A stretch of DNA of 64,000 nt from Balanoglossus misakiensis (taxonomy: Eukaryota > Animalia > Hemichordata), in contig CM082595.2 in the NCBI GenBank assembly GCA_040954595.2, positions 8,352,317 through 8,416,316 on the forward strand, given 5' to 3'. The notes beneath the pieces were generated by a model that was not told the DNA's origin, ran no database searches, and saw only the letters and a list, made by a program, of their open reading frames with translations. Below, piece by piece: positions 38,706 through 49,061 of this stretch; position 1 is the stretch's first letter; each line of letters begins with the position of its first letter. The translations under genes were made by a program, and so were the position numbers.

Positions 38706-39770
38706 ATGTCGTATAATCTGCGCAAAAGAAGTGCAATAACCGAAAGTTCATGCACAGGATGTGGTGTAGATCGTTGTGGATCGCCATCAGTATTCAGCAG
38801 TGACACCGACAGCAAACCAGTCGAACCTGAGTCGCCAGCTTCAGTGATCGACGGATATCTATCTCCGGTAAGCCCCAATATGCCTGACGAGTGCCCGACC
38901 GACCTCAGTAAGTCACACGGAGCCAACCAACTCGAAAATAGGATCGATCGCCTAGAGCGGACCGTAGACAAACTAGCCGGACTTGTTGAACGCTCTCTTA
39001 CCGTGACAGACAAGAAGAACGAGCTTCCCCGCCAAAACGCAGTTGGCTACAATCAAATGGAGCGCCCCCACAGTTCTCAGCCCCCGGTACACGAACCAGC
39101 TGGAGTTGGTAACAAGGCATTCGATACTTTACACCAGAGGAAAACCCTTCACGAAGGAGTGCCCCTGGCGACAAGAAATAAAGTTCTTGCTGGTGAGTAC
39201 ATTGATCTGAGCGAGTTACATCCATTGAACTTTGCTCATGTCTCAACACCGGACAAAATAGAAGCTACTATCGATGGCAGCCAAGATGTCTTCAACCCTA
39301 AGCGGAAAAAAGTTCCTATATCAATCTTTGGCGCTTGCCTGAACGCCTTTGCTATACTGGAAAGCATTCTACTCGAAAAGAAGCCAGCCACAGCAACATC
39401 ACTTCTTGCATACCGCCAACTTATCCAGAACTGTGACAGCAAATTTACATGGCCAGTGGTGTATGCATATGATGTTAGATTTCGACACCAACTAAGTGAA
39501 ACCTGCTCCTTTGACTACCACGCCCTGAACCAGGACCTGTACATCACTACATTCATGGACCCTGGTGCAGTAAAGACCACACGTAGGGAATGTTATCGCT
39601 GCAAAGCCACAGATCACTTAGCTAAGGAGTGTCCCTTTCGTGAGGAACTATCCACACCGGCGGAGAACACAAAGAAGAAAACAAAAACGGATGAGGTTTG
39701 CTTGCTCTACCAAACAGGTGAATGTAGATTCGCAAAGTGTAAGCGCCAGCACAAGTGCAAACGATGTTGA
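38706..39770 (+). CDS. gag: Gag of a second Ngaro/DIRS-type element (CCHC + CCCH fingers), open
   Basis: GEYIDLSEL, YAYDVRFR, CYRCKATDHLAKEC, CLLYQTGECRFAKCKRQHKC; overlaps the RT ORF. Confidence 0.85.
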   Translation: MSYNLRKRSAITESSCTGCGVDRCGSPSVFSSDTDSKPVEPESPASVIDGYLSPVSPNMPDECPTDLSKSHGANQLENRIDRLERTVDKLAGLVERSLTVTDKKNELPRQNAVGYNQMERPHSSQPPVHEPAGVGNKAFDTLHQRKTLHEGVPLATRNKVLAGEYIDLSELHPLNFAHVSTPDKIEATIDGSQDVFNPKRKKVPISIFGACLNAFAILESILLEKKPATATSLLAYRQLIQNCDSKFTWPVVYAYDVRFRHQLSETCSFDYHALNQDLYITTFMDPGAVKTTRRECYRCKATDHLAKECPFREELSTPAENTKKKTKTDEVCLLYQTGECRFAKCKRQHKCKRC

Positions 39771-41424
39771 GCAGACTCACCCCTCATCAACTGCAAAACT
39801 TGCATATCACTTCAACGCGGAAGTGTGGCAGCAAGTTCTCAATAAACACCCAGATAAACAATATGCTGAAAAAATCCTGACGTGGATTCAACACGGGGTG
39901 CCTATTGGTTTCAAGGGCCAAATGCTGCAAACCCCCCTGCTGTCAGCTAATTGGAAGAGCGCACTTGACGTTAAGGACAAAGTTACGCATAAACTTTTAG
40001 AGGAAGTCAAGAAAGGATACAAAGCAGGACCATTTATTACTCCACCATTCCAATCATTTATTAGTTCACCACAAGGAGCGCGACCAAAGAAGAATACAAA
40101 TAAATATCGGATAATTCATGACCTTTCCTGGCCTCCAGGGCACTCTGTGAACGATCACATATCGAAGGACGAATATAGTTGTCAGTACATATCGATCGAT
40201 GCGGCTATCGAGCACATAAAACGTTTAGGTAAGGGGTCCCTTATCGCAAAGGTTGACCTCGAAGATGCATTCTACCAAATACCTGTCACACCGGATGACT
40301 GGAATCTACTCGTCTGTTCCTGGGACCTTGAAATCGACGGCGAACTCCAAACATGCTATTTCTATAGCAAAGTGTTGCCATTCGGTCTCAGGAGCAGCCC
40401 AGCGATTTTCAATGAGTTTGCTGACGGTCTTCAGTTTACCATGCAAGCTGCACACAACATTGATCTAGTGGAACATTACCTTGATGATTACTTCACAGCT
40501 GGCCGCGCAGGCACAAATCAGTGCAGTAGAAACCTTCAGGGAATGTTACTCGCTTGCGATGAACTTGGGTTTCCTGTAAACCCTACAAAAGTCACCACCC
40601 CCTCCACAACCATGGAGTTTCTTGGCATAACACTATACACAATCCGCATGGAGGCACGAGTGTCTCAGGACTGCATTGATGACACTCTGACGGAACTTCT
40701 TGCCTGGATGACAATGAAACGGGCAACAAAGCGACAAATCTTGTCACTTATTGGTAAACTTACCTTCATCACCCGGGTATGTCGACCCGGTCGTACCTTT
40801 CTCAGACGACTAATAGACACTTCATCAGGACTGAAACGCCTACACTATAAAGTAAAACTGAACCGCAATTTCAAACTGGACCTTCAATGGTGGATTGACT
40901 ACTTACCTACATGGAATGGTGTCAGTATGTTCTACGACAGTTACTGGACAAATAATGTTGACCTACATCTTTACACTGATGCTTCAGACATTGGCTATGG
41001 TGGAGTGTTCGGTGTGCAAAAAATCCAAGGAAAGTTCGTCAATGAGATTCCTGCCTACACCCCTCAAATCTATTCTATTAACTGGAGGGAACTTTACGCT
41101 ATCGAGCGTGCTGCACTTGTCGTTGACGAAATACACGCAGGTGACTGGGATGATTATTTGGAACGGATGTTTATTAGAAGCTGTGTCTGGTGGGTGGTTA
41201 AGAGATATGGGTATGTTAATGAGAGACGCTTCATCATTCAACTACGTTGCATTAATGGTGACGAGGTTAAGTCACGTGTTTGGTGGCTTGCTTCGGTAAA
41301 GCGTCCATCCAATTTTGAATTGTTCAATTTGCGAGACAAATACATGTACTATTGTGACTACACAAAGATTCACAGAGTGGACGAATCAGCCTTTGTAGCA
41401 GAAATCATTAGACGCTTTGCGTAA
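39640..41424 (+). CDS. Ngaro/DIRS RT + partial RNase H fused in frame to an unrelated ~105-aa tail
   Basis: YRIIHDLS, KVDLEDAF, LPFGLRSSP, YLDDY, YTDAS, INWRELYAI; then no DN or ADxLSR motif and no YR ORF. Confidence 0.88.
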   Translation: MRNYPHRRRTQRRKQKRMRFACSTKQVNVDSQSVSASTSANDVEQTHPSSTAKLAYHFNAEVWQQVLNKHPDKQYAEKILTWIQHGVPIGFKGQMLQTPLLSANWKSALDVKDKVTHKLLEEVKKGYKAGPFITPPFQSFISSPQGARPKKNTNKYRIIHDLSWPPGHSVNDHISKDEYSCQYISIDAAIEHIKRLGKGSLIAKVDLEDAFYQIPVTPDDWNLLVCSWDLEIDGELQTCYFYSKVLPFGLRSSPAIFNEFADGLQFTMQAAHNIDLVEHYLDDYFTAGRAGTNQCSRNLQGMLLACDELGFPVNPTKVTTPSTTMEFLGITLYTIRMEARVSQDCIDDTLTELLAWMTMKRATKRQILSLIGKLTFITRVCRPGRTFLRRLIDTSSGLKRLHYKVKLNRNFKLDLQWWIDYLPTWNGVSMFYDSYWTNNVDLHLYTDASDIGYGGVFGVQKIQGKFVNEIPAYTPQIYSINWRELYAIERAALVVDEIHAGDWDDYLERMFIRSCVWWVVKRYGYVNERRFIIQLRCINGDEVKSRVWWLASVKRPSNFELFNLRDKYMYYCDYTKIHRVDESAFVAEIIRRFA

Positions 41425-41519
41425 CAACTGTACAATTTCTATAAATTGGTGTCTTCGTCGCGTTTTAAGTATAACCTTCATTCAACGCACCCGTGCGAGA
41501 AGCGATACATAGCAGAACG

Positions 41520-42035
41520 ATGGCAGAAGCTCCAAAATTCTCATCTGTCGCAACTCAAACATCCGATGAGGAGTTTAATGAGAATGTGGTGCAGAGCGAT
41601 CCATTATGGTTGGAAGAGGAAACTTTAACGGAAGATGAAGAAATGGAATTAGCCAGACTAGCACGTAGAGCGGAAAAATATCTCGAGCTGGAGAAGAAAT
41701 TACAAACGAAACTTTTCTGTGCCCTGCGTACTAATATATCAGTTATGGCGAGGGAGGACTGTGAAGGGTGTGAACTTGACGACCCATCGCAATTTCATCA
41801 TGACTGTATGATGACTCCTATCGGAACAATGGCGGACAAGTACTTTGATGATGCAATGGAGAGAGTGGATCTTTCGACACTAATGTCCGAGATGATGGTT
41901 GAAACCGGATTAGACAATGGACAATTACTGGATGTATTGATGCATTCGTGCTACTCGCTATTTGGGAGTGCGGAGGAAGACAAAAAGGAACAAAAAAAGT
42001 TTTTAGAGAAGTTCGTTAAACATTTCGAAGAATAG
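41520..42035 (+). CDS. Small acidic Polinton/adintovirus accessory protein (oncoid-like)
   Basis: CEGCELDDPSQFHHDC motif; open ORF. Confidence 0.72.
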   Translation: MAEAPKFSSVATQTSDEEFNENVVQSDPLWLEEETLTEDEEMELARLARRAEKYLELEKKLQTKLFCALRTNISVMAREDCEGCELDDPSQFHHDCMMTPIGTMADKYFDDAMERVDLSTLMSEMMVETGLDNGQLLDVLMHSCYSLFGSAEEDKKEQKKFLEKFVKHFEE

Positions 42036-42486
42036 AAAGAGATTGGAACAATATCTCATCATATTTTTTTCTTCTTCCCTCTTTTGTTTTGTTTTCATCT
42101 TTTCTTTGATAATGAAAAAGTAGTTACTGGATAAGAATACAAGATTTGGTGAGTTATTTTGTAATGTAAACCATGTTTTCTACCCTTTTCATAGTCAATG
42201 CGGTATCATTATTCTGCGTGAGTGTGATTTTGTATACCTTTCTTTAGTTTTGTTTCTGATTTTTTTTAATGCTTATTTAGTTTCTTCAAATGTACAGCAA
42301 CAACAACAACAACAAAAGATCAATAAGATTACGTGATGGTTTCGAGTGGTAATAAAAAGCGGGGTGTTTTCTGTCAAAAAATTAAACCTGAGTGTGGCTC
42401 TTTACTTGAGTGTCTCACCATCTCTTCCTTACTTCCTTCAAACCCAGAGCGTGGTTCGTTTCTTGACGGTCTTACTTACTACACTA

Positions 42487-43543
42487 TGACTGAAAGTTCC
42501 CATCCACGAAGATTATCGGAGGCCGACATTCTATCATGTCGTACCGTAGAAGAAGTAACCTCGTTATTAAAGCTACACGGGGCTACTATCTCTCCGGAAT
42601 TGCAGCTTCTAGTGGTGCGTAAGGTCTGTCATCTGACACGGAGAGAGTTTTCTGACGTGACAGAAGACGAGATAAAGAGTTGCGTCTCGCTAAGAGAACT
42701 TGATTCTATGTTAGAATCATCCAGCAATCGCGTACCTGATGATGTACATCTGGCGGCCCTGAACGCACGTGCTGATCTCATCCGCGCGACGGAGAGAGAG
42801 TCAACAGATGGGGAAGCAAGCTGTGGAATCCGGGTAAGTTCAGACAATGTAGAACCTCTTTTGCCCACTTGTGAATTTCAATGGGAAAACCAACAAACAT
42901 GTATGGGTGAAATTGCGTGTAACGAAGATCAGCGTGGTGGTAGTACCTCTGGGAATAAAAATCCCGTGATTATTGATGAGTCATTTGTTCAGCCGGAGAA
43001 CCCTCCTCCTTCAGTTGATTTGGTGCCGGGCCCTGCACAGAACCCCAGAAAACGTAGAATGAGCGTTGAAGAAATTCGCGATAACGCGGAAGAATTGTTT
43101 GAAATTCGCAAAGTAAGTCAGCGCTATATTAAGAAATTTAATACGCGCGGAAGTGACTATGTCGTGCATTTTACGCCAATCCAGACCGATGACTTGCGCG
43201 AGGCGTTAAATTCACTATATCAAGCTTTCGGGGCACTTTTTGATCATTTAACTCGGGAAATGAATCCGAACGACGTGAAAAGAGTAGTCTTTCGCACACC
43301 CCAATTGGATCGGGCAATAAATTTACCATTTGTGAAAGTACGCGATTGTACATCGGATGCGGTTTTTGCCGAAGTTCAATCAATCAAACGAATCATTTAA
43401 GATTGACGAAGAGGTATTTGTTAATATCGTTCACGTGGAAATCCCAGCGGGTGGGAAAGGACCGCGAAATAAAAATGTTAACGCGGATCAATTACGAAAA
43501 GTTAAGAAGAGTATTGTACGTATTCAAAACAAAGATAGATTAA
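42487..43543 (+). pseudogene. N-terminal region of a protein-primed family B DNA polymerase, frameshifted (~43380) and truncated
   Basis: QRGG; KKFNT; LDRAINLPF; QSNESFKIDEEVFVNIVHVEIPAGG; KKSIVRIQNKD. Confidence 0.78.
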
Positions 43544-43570
43544 TTATGTTTGATACAAGACGCCATTTAT

Positions 43571-43785
43571 GTTATTCTACATGTAGATATATGGTGAATC
43601 AACATTCAACCACACACAACTTCCATCTCGTTTGTACGATATAAGAGTAAAAACTCGCCCAAAATGAATAAATGGTAAAGAACGAATATTCATTTTGGCG
43701 AGTTTTTCACTCTCCTGTCTATAAGAGGGATGGAAGTTGTGTGTGGTTGAACGTTCATTCGCTATATATCCACATGTAGAATAAC
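43571..43785. mobile_element. Palindromic MITE-like hairpin (~215 bp)
   Basis: GTTATTCTACATGT..TTCAACCACACACAACTTCCATC inverted at 43728..43785, with inner arms AAAAACTCGCC..AAAATGAATA. Confidence 0.8.
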
Positions 43786-43850
43786 AAACCGTGTCTCTTA
43801 GCAAATATAATATGGGAAAAAGGGCAGCGAGAGAGAAACTTTGTCCCTCA

Positions 43851-46680
43851 CCTGGGGAGTAAATGCATATGCGTGTGTATTTAAAGTTAACTGTAAATCC
43901 CCAGGTTAATACGTGGCCAAAAGCACTGTAATTTGACATTTCTAATGATGGTGAGATGTTGTTTGCTCCCCAGGGAGTTGAATGGAATATTTAGGTCCAA
44001 CGACCTAGGTCAAATGACCATGGGACAACTTAAAGCACGTTGAGATTTAATGTGCTACATAAGTTATAAATATTATAAAAATATTATTACATAAACAACA
44101 CTCTTGCTTAGCAAAGGAAGTGGTCAGGTGAAATATATTCGCAGAGCTGACCAATTCTTTAAGGAAAATTAAAGTTGGGTAATTTGGACGTATTCATACA
44201 AGTGTTGGTCAATGATAGGAAAGTCCTTTGTTCATTTTCAAAATGAAAACCAAAAATGCGAACAAAACACACTGAATTACGTATGGGATATTGATGTTGC
44301 CTAATTTGCGTGTCTCCACATTTACTTAAACTCTCACAGGGAGACAAATGTCACAGCAAACGGAAAAATGATTATGCTATACACACAACACTTTTATTGA
44401 TCATGAAAAATGTTCATGAGAATTGTGTTATGGTACTTTTCGTGGCTCACGAACTGTGTTATGGGAAATCTGACAAGGAATCCAAACTGTACCACATACA
44501 CAACACTTTTATTAAGCGTGGGAAATGGTCCTGAGAACAATATTCTCAGAGTTGACAAACTGTGTTATCTGCGTTATATTGATGTTGTCTAATTTACACG
44601 CCTGTACATTTATTTATACTCTGACTTTGAACTTAATAAGACAGCGCCTGCTAAGGTCAAGTTGCCACGTACACTTGTAATTAGCATAGGTAATGATCAT
44701 GATAACTTCATTTTCAGAGCTGACAAACTGTGTTATGTGAAATTCATGTTGCCTATTTCATGATAATGGCTTGTGGTACACAAGGGTTAACAGCAATCAG
44801 CAGTTGGTTGTATGATAGGTATGATGATTGGTTTACAAATGTGAATGGTATAATAATGGGCAACACATGTGGAAGTGTTTAATAAACAGTTAACTAATGT
44901 GGTTATGGTTTGTGGTAAAATTGAGTGTACACAGATTATAATGGGCCAAAACGATGAATATAATAAAGGTTAATGATGGTGAAGGGTTTCATGTGAATGA
45001 TGTAATAAAGGTTAACAAATGTGGTGATAGCTTTGGTGTACAGGGCTGTTGATATCTATAGTAATGACAAAGGTATAATAATGATAAAAGCTTAAATAAG
45101 TGTTGGGGTATATTCATCATGATGGTTCATTCATTGGTTAATGTGTATATTTTATGAATAACATGCTATAGTTTATCAGTTAGATCATAATCAGGGTATT
45201 TCCATGCATATTGTCATCATGATTCAGTGGAATTCTTCGGAATAGTACCTTGTGATCATTTTCGAGCACTGACGCATTGTACGCCACAGACATGCAGAAA
45301 ATATTAACATGTAACTCACAGGCATAATGTTAAATCTAAACGACTATATGTTAGGTTAATTTTACCTCCCCACGTACCCCATCCTAATTCCAAATTTAGC
45401 TTGCTGTGAGGTTTTTGGGTAGTACCGATCAGGAAACTTACAAGGCTCATTCACTGTGTCCAATATTGGATTTGACACACTGTGTCTGGGGTGGGTAAAG
45501 CATGGTGAAATGTTGGCGGTAAACTTTAACCAGGCAGGTCACATGAAAGGAAGATTTTATCATTTGAGTTCGATGACATACATGATAAGATATGTCACTT
45601 TTGACACCTTTTTTGCAATTTGACTTGGACGCAGATGTATCTTTTCCTTTGGACACAGTACCATAAAATCATACCCTGGTCACACACAGTGACAAATGTG
45701 AGCCTTTGACTATCATGTTAAATTATCATTTTAAGCACCCTCAGTGAAGTTTAGTACAGGTTATTCTTGTTCAGTGTGGAAACACACTGCTTTCAATACA
45801 TGTTCCCTGTGGGGTGTTGAAGGATGCAGTAACAGATTAATAATTGGTTGTGATTACTTTTGCTAGAATTGGGTTAACAGCAATGGCTGGTCTTAAGGGT
45901 ATGCTAATATGTTCATAAATGTGAATGGTATAATAAAGGGGAACACATATGAATGTTTAATAAAAAGGTTACAAATGTGATAATTGTTGGTAAAATTTAA
46001 CTGTACATAGGTTATAAATGGTTAACAGCATTTGCTTGTATGAAGGGTATGATCATAGGGTAACAAATGTGAATGGTATAAAAATGTATAATAGTAGGTT
46101 TATAATAAGATGATTGCTTGTGTTCACAGGTTACAGTGGGTAAATGACATGATGTCATAATGTTAAATCTGAACGATTATATGCTAGGTTAGCTTTACCT
46201 CCCCAGCCTATTCAAATTCGAAATTTAGCTTGCCATGCAGTTTTCGGGTAGTACCAATTGGGAAACTTTCAAGGTTCATTCATTAAACCAAATATTGGAT
46301 TTGACACACTGTGTCTGGGGTGGGTAAAGCATGGTGAAATGTTGGCAGTAAACTTTAACCAGACAGGTCACATGTAAGGAAGATTTTATCATTTGAGTTC
46401 GATGACATAAGTGATAAGATATGTCAGTTTTGACACCTTTTTTGCAGACGTTTCCCATTTGACAAAGTAGGCAAAGTCCAGTCTGTGTTTAAAATGATAC
46501 CCTGGTCACACACAGTGAGAAATGTCAGCCTTTGACTACCATGTTAAATTATCTAATTTATGCATTGTTAATCATGCACTGTGATGTTTACTGCAGGTAA
46601 ATTTTTTCCCCTGTGGAAACTTACTATGCTTTGAATACATGTTCCCTAATGGGGTGTTGAAGGATACAGTAGGATCTGTT
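43851..46680. repeat. Diverged long repeat, copy 2 (uninterrupted) plus a partial third tandem unit (~45830..46680)
   Basis: Collinear with the host pieces of copy 1; 45330..45830 recurs at ~46155..46675. Confidence 0.85.
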
Positions 46681-49061
46681 TCTGTAGCAAATGATTTTTC
46701 TGAACTTTTGCAAAGTCGAAATTTCAGGACCCATGATTTTTTTTCACAAAATGACGAAATTTTGAAATTTCGCAAAATCGAATTTTTTTTTATTTTTGGG
46801 TGATTTTTATGACCCATGATTTTTTTTTCAAAAATGAAGATATTTTGAACTTTCGCAAAGACGAAAAATTGTCATTTTTGGATGATTTTCAAGAGTTATA
46901 ATGCATGATTTTTATCTTCAAAAATGTGACGAAATTTTGAACTTTCGCAAAGTCGAAAAATACTCATTTTTGGACAATTTTCATGAGCTATAACGCATGA
47001 TATTTTTCTTTAAAAATGTGAAGAAATTTTGAACTTTCGAAATGTGGAAAAATTGTAATTTCAGGATGATTTTCATGAGCTAAAACCCATGATTTTTTTC
47101 AAAAAAGCGAAGAAATTTTGAACTTTCGCAAAGTCGAAAAATTGTAATTTTTTGATGGTTTTCATGAGCTGTAACCATGATTTTTTTCAAGAAAACGAAG
47201 AAATTTTGAACTTTCGCAAAGTCGAAAAATTGTTATTTTTGGATGATTTTCGAGAGCTAAAACCCATGTTTTTTTTTTCAAAAATGTGAAGAGATGTTGA
47301 ACTTTCGCAAAGTCGAAATATTGTCATTTTGGACGATTTTCAGGACTATAACCCATGATTTTTTTTTAAAAAGTGAAGAAATTTAGAAATTTCGCAAAGT
47401 CGAAAAATTGTCATTTTTGGATGATGTTCATGAGCTATAACCCATGATTTTTTTCTTCAAAAATGTGAAGAAATTTTGAACTTTCGCAAAGTCGAAAAAT
47501 TGTTATTTTTGGATGATTTTCGAGAGCTAAAACCCATGTTTTTTTTTAAAAAAAGTGAAGAAATGTTGAACTTTCGCAAAGTCTAAAAATAGTCATTTTT
47601 GCACGATTTTCAGGACCTATAAGCCATGATTTTCTTCAAAAAATGAAGAAATTTTGAAATTTCGCAAAGTCGAATTTTTTTTATTTTTAGGTGATTTTTA
47701 TGACCCATGATTCTTTCAAAAAATGAAGAAATTTTGAACTTTCAAAATGTGGAAAAATTGTCATTTTTGGATGATGTTCATGAGCTATAACCCATGATTT
47801 TTTTCAAAAAATGAAAACAATTTGAAATTTCGCAAAGTCGAAAAATCGTAATTTTTGATGGTTTTCATAAGCTGTAACCCATGATTTTTTTCACGAAAAC
47901 CTAGAAATTTTGAACATTCACAAAGTCAAACAATAGTTATTTTTTGATGGTTTTCATGAGCTGTAACCCATAATTTTTTTCAAGAAAACGAAGAAATTTT
48001 GAACTTTCGCAATGTGGAAAAATTGTCATTTTTGGATGATTTTCATGAGCTATAACCCATGATTTTTTTCAAAAAAGTGAAGAAATTTAGAAATTTCGCA
48101 AAGTCGAAAAATTGTCATTTTTGGATGATGTTCATGGGCTATAACCCATGATTTTTTTCTTCAAAAATGTGAAGAAATTTTGAACTTTCGTAAAGTCGAA
48201 AAATTGTTATTTTTGGATGATTTTCGAGAGCTAAAACCCATGTTTTTTTTTCAAAAATGTGAAGAGATGTTGAACTTTCGCAAAGTCGAAATATTGTCAT
48301 TTTGGACGATTTTCATGACTATAACCCATGATTTATTTTAAAAAAGTGAAGAAATTTAGAAATTTCGCAAAGTCGAAAAATTGTCATTTTTGGATGATGT
48401 TCATGAGCTATAACCCATGATTTTTTTCTTCAAAAATGTGAAGAAATTTTGAACTTTCGCAAAGTCGAAATATTGTCATTTTTGGACGATTTTCAGGACC
48501 TATAACCCATGAATTTTTTTCAAAAATGTGAAGATATTTTGAACTTTCGCAAAGTCGAAATATTGTCATTTTTGGACGATTTTCATGACCCATGATTTTT
48601 TTTTAAAAAGTGAAGAAATTTTAAACTTTCGCAATGTGGAAAAAATTATCTTTTTAGGATGATTTTCATGAGCTAAAACCCATTATTTTTTTCAAAAAAG
48701 CGAAGAAATTTTGAACTTTCGCAAAGACGAAAAATTGTAATTTTTTGATGGTTTTCATGAGCTGTAACCATGATTTTTTTCAAGAAAACGAAGAAATTTT
48801 GAACTTTCGCAAAATCAAAAAAAAATTATTTTTGGATGATTTTCAAGAGCTAAAACACACAATTTTTTTTTCAAAAATGTGAAGAGATTTTGAACTTTCG
48901 CAAAGTCGAAATATTGTCATTTTGGACGATTTTCATGACCCATGATTTTTTTTCAAAAAAGTGAAGAAATTTTGAACTTTCGCAAAGTCGAAATTTTTTT
49001 ATTTTTGGGTGATTTTTATGACCCGTTATTTTTTCAAAAAATGAAGACATTTTGAACCTTT

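Larger units (their letters stand above)
41105..43545 (+). mobile_element. Polinton/Maverick (adintovirus-like) fragment
   Basis: Small CxGC..PSQ..H.C ORF directly upstream of a PolB N-terminal region; recognised from motifs. Confidence 0.78.
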
